Below are positions 1 to 9,843 of a stretch of 64,000 nt of DNA, in pieces. Source of the DNA: Eledone cirrhosa (lineage: Eukaryota); assembly GCA_964016885.1 (NCBI GenBank), contig OZ024766.1, positions 2,914,001 to 2,978,000 of the forward strand, read 5' to 3'. Made by a program: the position numbers and the translations under genes. The first letter of the stretch is position 1; each line of letters opens with the position of its first letter. The notes beneath the pieces were generated by a model. That model saw nothing but the letters and a program-made list of their open reading frames with translations. It was not told the DNA's origin and searched no databases.

Positions 1-390
1 AAAGTCAAGAAAGACCAAGAAAGCTAATTGTTCAGATTTTGGTGATTTAAACCTATTTCTCACTGTCCTGTAAAATGTGGAACAACCAATTCACGATGTA
101 GCGTAGTTTCTCATGAAATGAAATATTTAATCATGTAGGTGATGGAACACCTACCCTGGAACATGTAGCTCACCTTAACGTGAGATGAATACTATACAAG
201 ATATAATTAGATGAATTGTGACCGGTGTCATACGTTGAAAGTCCCTGACATAATTTAAGACCTTCAGTTATATCAATTCACTCCATCAATTGTATCCAAC
301 CCACAGTAAAACAACCAACATCACAAAGTAAAATAATTATTACATAACAACGAGGGAGTTTTACCCTGTTGCTAGACCTGGTAGAAATTA
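1..390 (-). other. Upstream non-coding portion of another family-B ZNF unit whose CDS would lie left of the window
   Basis: Matches the block upstream of each B CDS (e.g. 20807-21300: aagaaagacca..gctaattgttcag..ctgtaaaatgtgg..cacctaccctggaacatgtagctc..ttatatcaattcactccatcaattgtatccaac), with more divergence and deletions. Confidence 0.85.
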
Positions 391-713
391 CTCTCTGCAC
401 TATTAGGTTTGTGGCACAAACAAACATATAGTCATTCTTCCTTTTTTTTATTTTCTTTCTCCCACCTTTTCCTTTCAACCTCACCTCCCTCAATTTATTT
501 CCAACTTGTTACCTTGGTAATTCTAACCCACTCTCATTGTATGGCTTTTAAACACACATACCCACTTTTCATTTTCATATTCCACAATGCTTTAAGCAAT
601 CTACCACACCACATACACATGTTGTTGGTAGACGGGTATGATAATTGTTGGTTAAATTTTCAAAGCAGCCAATGTGTGTGAAGGGGAATTAGTTGAGTAG
701 GTTTATAGAATGA

Positions 714-3290
714 TTATAAGGTAGGTAAATAGTTGTTGGTGGACAGGTAATGGAAGACAGCCTTCCAGAGAAAGGTGGGGGATAAGGTAGGGAAATAGTT
801 GTTGGTGGACAGGAAATGGAAGACAGCCTTCCAGAGAACGGTGGGGGATAAGGTAGGTAAATAGTTGTTGGTGGACAGGTAATGGAAGACAGCCTTCCAG
901 AGAAAGGTGGAGGATAAGGTAGGTAAATAGTTGTTGGTGGACAGGAAATGGAAGACAGCCTTCCAGAGAAAGGTGGAGGATAAGGTAGGTAAATAGTTGT
1001 TGGTGGACAGGAAATGGAAGACAGCCTTCCAGAGAAAGGTGGAGGATAAGGTAGGTAAATAGTTGTTGGTGGACAGGAAATGGAAGACAGCCTTCCAGAG
1101 AAAGGTGGGGGATAAGGTAGGGAAATAGTTGTTGGTGGACAGGTAATGGAAGACAGCCTTCCAGAGAACGGTGGGGGATAAGGTAGGTAAATAGTTGTTG
1201 GTGGACAGGTAATGGAAGACAGCCTTCCAGAGAAAGGTGGAGGATAAGGTAGGGAAATAGTTGTTGGTGGACAGGAAATGGAAGACAGCCTTCCAGAGAA
1301 CGGTGGGGGATAAGGTAGGTAAATAGTTGTTGGTGGACAGGTAATGGAAGACAGCCTTCCAGAGAAAGGTGGAGGATAAGGTAGGTAAATAGTTGTTGGT
1401 GGACAGGAAATGGAAGACAGCCTTCCAGAGAAAGGTGGAGGATAAGGTAGGTAAATAGTTGTTGGTGGACAGGAAATGGAAGACAGCCTTCCAGAGAAAG
1501 GTGGGGGATAAGGTAGGGAAATAGTTGTTGGTGGACAGGTAATGGAAGACAGCCTTCCAGAGAACGGTGGGGGATAAGGTAGGTAAATAGTTGTTGGTGG
1601 ACAGGTAATGGAAGACAGCCTTCCAGAGAAAGGTGGAGGATAAGGTAGGGAAATAGTTGTTGGTGGACAGGAAATGGAAGACAGCCTTCCAGAGAACGGT
1701 GGGGGATAAGGTAGGTAAATAGTTGTTGGTGGACAGGTAATGGAAGACAGCCTTCCAGAGAAAGGTGGAGGATAAGGTAGGTAAATAGTTGTTGGTGGAC
1801 AGGAAATGGAAGACAGCCTTCCAGAGAAAGGTGGAGGATAAGGTAGGTAAATAGTTGTTGGTGGACAGGAAATGGAAGACAGCCTTCCAGAGAAAGGTGG
1901 AGGATAAGGTAGGTAAATAGTTGTTGGTGGACAGGAAATGGAAGACAGCCTTCCAGAGAAAGGTGGAGGATAAGGTAGGGAAATAGTTGTTGGTGGACAG
2001 GAAATGGAAGACAGCCTTCCAGAGAACGGTGGGGGATAAGGTAGGTAAATAGTTGTTGGTGGACAGGTAATGGAAGACAGCCTTCCAGAGAAAGGTGGAG
2101 GATAAGGTAGGTAAATAGTTGTTGGTGGACAGGAAATGGAAGACAGCCTTCCAGAGAAAGGTGGAGGATAAGGTAGGTAAATAGTTGTTGGTGGACAGGA
2201 AATGGAAGACAGCCTTCCAGAGAAAGGTGGGGGATAAGGTAGGGAAATAGTTGTTGGTGGACAGGTAATGGAAGACAGCCTTCCAGAGAACGGTGGGGGA
2301 TAAGGTAGGTAAATAGTTGTTGGTGGACAGGTAATGGAAGACAGCCTTCCAGAGAAAGGTGGAGGATAAGGTAGGGAAATAGTTGTTGGTGGACAGGAAA
2401 TGGAAGACAGCCTTCCAGAGAACGGTGGGGGATAAGGTAGGTAAATAGTTGTTGGTGGACAGGTAATGGAAGACAGCCTTCCAGAGAAAGGTGGAGGATA
2501 AGGTAGGTAAATAGTTGTTGGTGGACAGGAAATGGAAGACAGCCTTCCAGAGAAAGGTGGAGGATAAGGTAGGTAAATAGTTGTTGGTGGACAGGAAATG
2601 GAAGACAGCCTTCCAGAGAAAGGTGGAGGATAAGGTAGGTAAATAGTTGTTGGTGGACAGGAAATGGAAGACAGCCTTCCAGAGAAAGGTGGGGGATAAG
2701 GTAGGGAAATAGTTGTTGGTGGACAGGTAATGGAAGACAGCCTTCCAGAGAACGGTGGGGGATAAGGTAGGTAAATAGTTGTTGGTGGACAGGTAATGGA
2801 AGACAGCCTTCCAGAGAAAGGTGGAGGATAAGGTAGGGAAATAGTTGTTGGTGGACAGGTAATGGAAGACAGCCTTCCAGAGAACGGTGGGGGATAAGGT
2901 AGGTAAATAGTTGTTGGTGGACAGGTAATGGAAGACAGCCTTCCAGAGAAAGGTGGAGGATAAGGTAGGGAAATAGTTGTTGGTGGACAGGTAATGGAAG
3001 ACAGCCTTCCAGAGAAAGGTGGAGGATAAGGTAGGGAAATAGTTGTTGGTGGACAGGAAATGGAAGACAGCCTTCCAGAGAAAGGTGGAGGATAAGGTAG
3101 GTAAATAGTTGTTGGTGGACAGGAAATGGAAGACAGCCTTCCAGAGAAAGGTGGAGGATAAGGTAGGTAAATAGTTGTTGGTGGACAGGAAATGGAAGAC
3201 AGCCTTCCAGAGAAAGGTGGAGGATAAGGTAGGGAAATAGTTGTTGGTGGACAGGAAATAGAAGACAGCCTTCCAGAGAAAGGTGGAGGA
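714..3290. repeat. 66-bp tandem satellite/minisatellite, ~39 copies, G-rich plus strand
   Basis: Unit ggataaggtaggtaaatagttgttggtggacaggtaatggaagacagccttccagagaaaggtgg(a/g). The same phase recurs at 721, 787 and every 660 bp (1381, 2041, 2701). The shadow ORFs show a 22-aa period. Confidence 0.97.
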
Positions 3291-3741
3291 GTTGTTCAGA
3301 GATGTGATAGAACAACTTGCTTTCACTATAGCTAAGAATACAAAATAAAGTTTCAAATATTACTGGGGATTAAGAGTTGAGAGAAAAACAAGATTTAAAT
3401 AGGGGAATTGAACTTAAATTATTACTAACTAAAGACAAAATTAAAAAAATAATACTTAAGGAATCCATTATAAATATTTAAACTTTCTGGCATTTAATAA
3501 GTGAGAGAAGTATATCTCTAGTATATTTTTTTCCTGCAGGAAATTTGTTAGATACAACATAAATAAGTTCTCTGAAAAAAATCTTGTATTAAAAATACAA
3601 TATTAAATTATCTCACCAATGTAAGATATATTTGTAGTATTTGATGATTGTTATGACATTGTAATATCTTCTTTCATATGTAGATATATTTATGGTTAAA
3701 AAGACAATAGTTTAATACAATGATTTTTGACACTGATACTG

Positions 3742-4938
3742 TTACACTTCTGTATGAACAGATACATGTTTAGTTAATTTACTTTTTCGACAGAATGATT
3801 CACCACAGATATCACACTGATGAGGTTTCTCTCCTGTATGAAGACGTATGTGTTGAGTTAAGTGACCTAACTGACAGAATGATTTACCACAGATATCACA
3901 GCGATGAGGTTTTTCTCCTGTATGAATACGTCTGTGTTGAGTTAAGTCACGTACACAAGAGAATGACTTACCACAGATATCACAGTGATGAGGTTTCTCA
4001 CCTGTATGAATACGTATGTGTTCAGTTAAGTTACTTGACTGAGTGAATGATTTACCACAGATATCACAGAGATGAGGTTTATCTCCTGTATGGAGACGCA
4101 TGTGTTGAGTTAAGTTACATGACTGTGAGAATGATTTACTACAGATGCCACACTGATGAGGTTTTTCTCCTGTATGAACCCGTATGTGAGTAGCTAGGCG
4201 ACCTCTGTAAGAAAAGGATTTACCACAGATATCACACTTATGAGGATTCTCTCCTGTATGGCTATAATTGTGAATAGCTAGGCGACCTCTATCAGAAAAG
4301 GATTTACCACAGATATCACACTTATGAGGTTTCCCTCCTGTATGGACATAATTGTGAATAGCTAAGCTACTTGACTGTGAAAATGATTCACCACAGATAT
4401 CACAGCGGTGTGGTTTCTCTCCTGTATGAATATGTTTGTGTATTGTTAAGTGACCCAACTGAGAAAATGATTTACCACAGATATCACAGTGATGAGGCTT
4501 CTCGCCTGTATGAATACGTGTGTGTATAGTTAAGTGACCTAACTGAGAAAATGATTTACTGCAGATTTCACAGCGATGAGGTTTCTCTCCTGTATGAATA
4601 CGTTTGTGTTGAGTTACGCCACTAGTACAAGAGAATGATTTACCACAAATATCACAATGAGGCTTCTCTCCTGTATGACTACGTATGTGTCTAGTTAATT
4701 TAACTGACAGAGAGAATGTTTCACCACAGATATCACAGTGATAAGGCTTCTCTCCTGTATGTAGACGTACATGAGTAGTTAGGTTACCTAACTGTGAGAA
4801 TGATTTACCACAGATACCACACTGATGAGGTTTTTCTCCAGTATGAACACGTTTATGTTTAGTTAATTCACTTGTACGAGAACATGATTTACCACAGATA
4901 TCACAGTGATATGATGATTTTCTTTTCCTCTTCGACAT
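3742..4938 (-). CDS. C2H2 zinc-finger protein A1 (398 aa, 14 tandem fingers, no effector domain)
   Basis: 14 CxxC-x12-HxxxH repeats with TGEKP-type linkers. First in-frame ATG is at 4938 (MSKRKRK, basic NLS-like). The track start at 4959 is TTG. Confidence 0.92.
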   Translation of the reverse strand: MSKRKRKSSYHCDICGKSCSRTSELTKHKRVHTGEKPHQCGICGKSFSQLGNLTTHVRLHTGEKPYHCDICGETFSLSVKLTRHIRSHTGEKPHCDICGKSFSCTSGVTQHKRIHTGEKPHRCEICSKSFSQLGHLTIHTRIHTGEKPHHCDICGKSFSQLGHLTIHKHIHTGEKPHRCDICGESFSQSSSLAIHNYVHTGGKPHKCDICGKSFSDRGRLAIHNYSHTGENPHKCDICGKSFSYRGRLATHIRVHTGEKPHQCGICSKSFSQSCNLTQHMRLHTGDKPHLCDICGKSFTQSSNLTEHIRIHTGEKPHHCDICGKSFSCVRDLTQHRRIHTGEKPHRCDICGKSFCQLGHLTQHIRLHTGEKPHQCDICGESFCRKSKLTKHVSVHTEV

Positions 4939-5619
4939 CTCTCCAGGAAAAAATATCAATCTTTTAAGTGTCTTCCCAGAACTTTTTCTCTCAACACAAT
5001 ATATTGATATTTTTGCTTGGTTTTGTTTTTACAGTTTATTCCCAATAAATATTTCCTCTGTTAAATCTCCATCAGCTGTGCTCTTTGTTGACATCTGAAA
5101 ATGATGCAAAATCCTTTGTAAATTTTTTGCAACTTTACTAAGAATGCAGAATCTTCTTGTACATATTTCAGATAGGAAGAAGAGAAATCTTTCCATCAAC
5201 CTCAGTTTAGAAGAAATATTTCACTGTAATTAACCAAATGTTGATATAAAAAGACTTATATGAATACTGTGTAAAATCTTGTGTTAGTTTTTTAAACAAT
5301 GATATTGATGTTGTATCTGAAGTTAAAATTTCTCTTCTGTCAATGTCATGTGATATTCTGAAATAACAGAGAAACAAAATAAGATGTAGAGGAGAGGATA
5401 TTAAAATGTTGTGATTTAACAATGAAAATTATATATTTCTATATCGGTAAACTGTATATATAAACTTTCACCTGAATAATTCAACTTGTCAAATGTATCC
5501 CTCCATCTTAAACTCTAAAAATGTATAAATATATTTACTTGAGTTTATATATATATATATATATATATATAAGCATGGAATGATGGAGAAATCTTCTCCC
5601 CCTTTCCACAATGTTGCTG

Positions 5620-5910
5620 CTATGAAAAAACGCACTAAGTTCACAGTGTAAGGTGGTCATGCTGGTGACATGACAAAAAGCACCCAGTCCACCTTGTTAG
5701 ATGTTCGTTTTTGTGATATGATAAAAAGCACCCTCCTCAAACTGTAACATGGTTGGTGTTACGAATGGCATCCAGCCATAGAAACAAAGTCAAAATATAG
5801 ATCTGTATGAGCAAGACGTGGTCTCTGAACCTGACTTGTCTTATAATGAGACAACCTGTCAAACCCATGCAAGCATGGAAAATGGATATTAAAAGATGAT
5901 GATGATGATG
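5620..5910 (+). mobile_element. SINE 3' part with RTE-like tail ending in (ATG)n
   Basis: aaaaagcacccag.. / ggttggtgtt..ggcatccagccatagaaac..ccatgcaagcatggaa..gatgatgatgatg. The same motif series occurs at 12460-12575 and 15930-16105. Confidence 0.75.
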
Positions 5911-6300
5911 AGATATCTTTCAGGCAAGAAAGATGCACCCAAGAGACAAAACAACCTGTTGAATATAGTTCTCCAGGCAATAACAGAGGAGTTTAAGACC
6001 AGATATCAGTACACTAACAACCTGGTTCTTATAGCTGAATTATTGAGTAGGAAAGAAGACAGAACTCAGGCCTCATCAGGGATGTGGTCATGCTCATTAT
6101 TTAGAAAAGGAGTAGGAAGGAACTCTATACAAATTACACCCTGTAAAACATATGTACACAAGAGACGTAGTGGGATTGTAGTCAGACTAACAGAAGTAGT
6201 CTTTCTACGTAGGAGATGTACAAAAATAATTAGTAGTAAGAACTCTGGTGTAATAAACTTTCTCCAAAGAAAGGTCTGTTGAAGTAGTTGATAGCTTCTG
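5910..6300 (+). mobile_element. Degenerate RTE-type LINE reverse-transcriptase fragment
   Basis: Translation ..LQAITEEFK..YTNNLVLIAE (decayed YADD motif), then WSCSLFRKGVGRNSIQ..CK.YVHKR.SGI, a Cys-rich segment of the kind seen in invertebrate RTE-like ORFs. Confidence 0.65.
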
Positions 6301-6311
6301 TTACAGAGGTG

Positions 6312-6441
6312 ACAGTACTACCACCTTACAGGGTGGACAGGGTGCTTCCTATCATGGCAGCAGTACTACCACCATACAGGGTGGACAGGGTGTTTCCTAT
6401 CATGGCACAAGTACTTCTACCTTACAAGTTGGACAGGGCGC
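6312..6441. repeat. 48-bp tandem repeat, ~2.7 copies
   Basis: cagtactaccacc.tacagggtggacagggtg recurs at 6313, 6361 and, degenerate, at 6409. Confidence 0.85.
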
Positions 6442-6449
6442 TATCTTTG

Positions 6450-6568
6450 CAGTCCGAGTTCAAATCCTGTCGAGATTAACTTTATCTTTCATCCTTACGG
6501 GGATCGATAAAATAGAGTACCAGTAATGTACTGCGGTAAATGCTGGCCTTGTGTCAAAAGTACAATTA
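6450..6568 (+). mobile_element. SINE fragment (second SINE family)
   Basis: B-box-like gagttcaaatcc followed by ctttcatcctt.cgggg.tcgataaaata..gtaccagt..ggccttgtg. Reverse-complement copies lie at 7030-7150 and 16560-16750. Confidence 0.7.
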
Positions 6569-7029
6569 TTTTAAAAGGACACCCTACTTTCCTGGGGAAA
6601 AAAGAAAATTCCTCGTTTTTTTTGAGAGTTATCAACGAATCTCACCTCCCAACAAGTAGGAAATGACTAGATTTATAGAAAAACTAGGGTGAAAGGGGGT
6701 CGAAAAGACGATCGGAGTTTCACAGATCTACACCCACCTCGCCTTTGGTGGTCGAAAGTTCCCCTTTTAGGGGTTTTTTTTTTGTGCTATCAACTAATCT
6801 GACCTGCAAGGTGATCCCTATCCATTTTTTTCTCCCAGATTAAGGATAAGGTTTCTGTTCTCCGGGAATCTTGGAGGTTCGATTAGTTAATAGCACAAGA
6901 AATAACCGAGGAAAGAAATTATTTTCCCACTGAAATGGAGGGGTGTGTTGTATAAATTGACCTAAACTACACATTATAATACAAGGTAGTGAACAACATG
7001 ATTAAATAGACGGAGGTAATTTAAATAAT

Positions 7030-7150
7030 TGTTTCTACTTTTTGCACAAGGCCAAAAATTATACCAGTGTACTACTGGTACTTTATTTTATTGACCCTGT
7101 AAGGATGAAAGGCAAAGTTAACCTCGGCGGGATTTTAAACTCAGATCATA
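7030..7150 (-). mobile_element. SINE fragment (second family), inverted relative to 6450-6568
   Basis: cacaaggcc..actggtactttattttattgaccctgtaaggatgaaaggcaaagttaacctcggcgggatt is nearly identical to 16580-16670. Confidence 0.75.
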
Positions 7151-7457
7151 AAGGGAGGTAACTCTATGCTTCAAATCATAGAGTTACCTCCCTTTATAAT
7201 CTGAGGTATTTTAAATAATAAAGAGTCATAATAATATATTTTATATCACATGTAACAGTAGAATCTAGCTATTGTAAAATAAGACAACATTTCAGTCTAG
7301 AAGTATTTTCCTGTATATAAAAGTGACGAGGAAGAAATATGTCCAAAGTTGTTAAATATTTTCACTTGTATATAATTACTGTATCGTTGAAAGGTTCACG
7401 TAATTCTATTATTTACACACATTATTATAGACTTCAAGTAAATCTTTCTCAACTTAC

Positions 7458-7632
7458 CCTCTTCACATGTAATCAATGTGTTGTCTTCTTATATTTTATT
7501 AAACAACCAAACAAATAATCTCCTTGTTGTTGAATAAGAATTTCCAAAGATTTTATCAGCTTTTCTTTGTCCGCCATTAATGTTGGTGCATCTTCTTATT
7601 CTTTAGCCACAGATTCGTATCTTGTCACGATG
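7458..7632 (-). promoter_or_regulatory. Putative first (non-coding) exon and promoter-proximal region of A1
   Basis: Ends at a perfect donor. Contains ATGGCGG (plus strand ccgccat 7571-7577, YY1-like core). Lies in a ~400-bp block (7236-7632) duplicated almost identically at 13386-13782. Confidence 0.6.
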
Positions 7633-7744
7633 AAGCTGTTAAGCTAGCCTTTTTGTTTTTATTCTCCCTCCCTGTTTATCTACATTTGATATATATATAT
7701 CATATATATATCTATAAACATACATAACCACCGTCGTCGTGATC

Positions 7745-8040
7745 GCCGTCATCATCATCATCATCAACAACGCTTAACGTCCATTTCCCCACGCTAACAT
7801 GTGTTAGACGAATTGTCCCGTTCTGAGGCAAGTCAGATCAGATGTCGGCGTCTTGTTCACACAGAACTATTTCCGGTTTTGTTTCTACGGCTGGATACCT
7901 TTTCTAACTCCAACCATATTTTCTATTGTGGATAGAACTCCTTTTCTCTTGCCAGCAACCTGTCATATTGTCCGTAAGCTAACAAGACTACTCTAAATGA
8001 TGGACTGGTAATTTTTTTTGTGTCACCAACCCGACCACAC
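7745..8040 (-). mobile_element. SINE with RTE-like (ATG)n tail, minus strand
   Basis: (cat)n followed by ttaacgtccatttcc..gctaacatg..gtttctacggctggatacc..ctaactccaacca, the reverse complement of the family tail. Confidence 0.7.
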
Positions 8041-8284
8041 CACGATCTCTTCAGCCATTTCAGCAGCATTGTGGGAGAGTGTGTTTATCTTTCCATGATT
8101 GTGTACATGGTCAAGAGAGGTGCCTCAGATGTGAAAAGTGGGGCGAGGGCACATGTATGTAGGGTAGGTCTTAGCTGGTGAAGAGAGAAGTGTTAAGACA
8201 TGGCAGGTGTATGGAAGGTGGTGGAGAGGTAGAAGTGGTTTATACCAGAGACCTCTAGATGTTGCTTCATACCGTGCACATGGG

Positions 8285-8540
8285 AAGTCAGAACTTCTGC
8301 AGTACTGCATAATGCCAGAGATCTCAATCCTGTGTCATCCTCTTTGAGAGATGCAATAGTGTAAGGTCAACTTTTATCACCTCATCCCAAGCTTCTACAA
8401 GTCTCCTTCTTCCATAGCTTTCATCAACCTTGAGTGTCCTGCACCTTTTTATACTCCTGTCATCCTTCATATACATCTCATGTCCATTGCACTGCAATCT
8501 TTTCTCCGGCACACTGCATCTGACCCCTCTTTGTCCCAAG
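8285..8540 (-). mobile_element. RTE-LINE 3' fragment
   Basis: Translation KDDRSIKRCRTLKVD..GRRR...WDEVIK.DL..HLSK.MTQD is homologous to 15627-15842. Confidence 0.7.
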
Positions 8541-8972
8541 TATCTCTTTCAGTTCATTTACACTTTGCCATTCACGTACATTACAAATCTATGTCTGCTT
8601 TTCTCTTTATGATTGCTTTGGACTTTGCCAAGTTTATTCTAAACATTTTCGATTATGTTCTGTTTCTAATGGAATTTCTTCTCCAACTCATTCACAGATT
8701 CAGCCATAAGATCATCAACATACAGAATTTCCCATAGATAGCCAGTCTTAAACTCCTCTCAGAAGTAGGTTGAGGACAGAAGTAGGTTGAGGACAGAGTC
8801 ATGATCAACTGTTACCTGTACAAGTGTTAGATGTATTAAAACTTCTATTGAGATGATATTAGTACATACAGTGTGAATAAAAGACATTTAGATGGGAAAA
8901 TAATGAAATTACTGACTTGACAAATTCCTCAAGTATAACTCTTTTATTAACAACACAGGGATTGAAATTTAA

Positions 8973-9169
8973 CCCTTTAGCGTTCACATTACTCTATATA
9001 TACTATTGTATTTTCATGGTAAAAGCTTTAACTCACATAATATCGAATCTATGAGATTTTGAAAGTATTTATTTTGAGAACAATACCTTAACATCAGTTT
9101 GAGTGACCAGTTACAGCCAGTTTCAGCAGAAAAGGGTAGAGAATTCTGGCTGATTTGAACACTAAAGGG
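8973..9169. mobile_element. piggyBac-like MITE (~197 bp)
   Basis: Left end ttaa|ccctttagcgttc and right end gaacactaaaggg|ttat give a 13-bp TIR with one mismatch, CCC/GGG termini and a TTAA-like target site. Confidence 0.6.
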
Positions 9170-9177
9170 TTATATAG

Positions 9178-9435
9178 GACTGTTTCTGGCTTGGTTTCTA
9201 CAGCTAGGTTCTAACGCCAACCACATATAGTGTGTGCTGGCTACTTTTAGTTGTGACACCTACATCCCCACTTTACAGTGTGGGCTAGGTGCTTTTTGTC
9301 ATGACACCTACACAACCACTTTATAGTGTGGACTGGGTGCTTTTTGTTGTGACACCTACATGACCACTTTACAGTATGGACTGGGTGCTTTTTGTCGTGA
9401 CACCTACATGACCACTTTACAGTGTGGGCTGGGTA
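9178..9435 (-). mobile_element. SINE with internal ~48-bp tandem repeats
   Basis: ggtttctacagct..ctaacgccaaccac followed by 4-5 copies of gacacctacatgaccactttacagtgtggactgggtgctttttgt, the reverse complement of the 12105-12460 unit type. Confidence 0.7.
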
Positions 9436-9843
9436 TATTTTGTTCACAGTGTAAGGATGTTGTAAATAGGAGCGGGTGGGTGGGGGTATAGTGGTTAAGA
9501 GGTGCCTACTAGGTGTATGTTTGAGTGTGCGCATGGGAATGCGTAAATTCTGTATTACTGCATAACAGCAAATACTTTAAACTTTCTGGCATCTATTTAG
9601 TGAGGGAAGTATATCTCTAGTATATTTTCTTCCTGCAGGAAATTTGTTAGATACAACAGACATAAGTTCTCTGAAAAAAATCTTGTATTAAAAATACAAC
9701 AATATTAAATTATCTCACCAATGTAAGATATAGTTATAGTGTTTGATGGTTGTTATTACAGTGTAATATCTTCTTTCATATGTAGATATATTTATGGTTA
9801 AAAAGACAATAGTTTCATACAATGATTTTTGACACTGATACTG

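Larger units (their letters stand above)
5358..7457 (-). other. Putative 5'-UTR intron of gene A1
   Basis: Minus-strand donor AGG|GTAAGT (GT at 7457-7456) and a long polypyrimidine tract ending TTTCAG| (AG at 5359-5358). Both sites are conserved in paralog A2. Confidence 0.7.

Noticed and set aside
714-3290. CRISPR-like appearance of the regular repeats (also the 90-bp arrays)
   Set aside because: Units are contiguous with no unique spacers, there are no cas genes, and the context is eukaryotic.
703-3356. Two 870-880-aa ORFs over the 66-bp satellite, one with a signal-peptide-like start (MKLYFVFLAIV)
   Set aside because: The monomer has no tta, cta or tca on the plus strand and its length is a multiple of 3, so all three minus frames are open automatically. 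Both starts are TTG. No independent sign of coding.
8761-8797. 17-bp direct duplication agaagtaggttgaggac x2
   Set aside because: A simple local slippage with no element between the copies.
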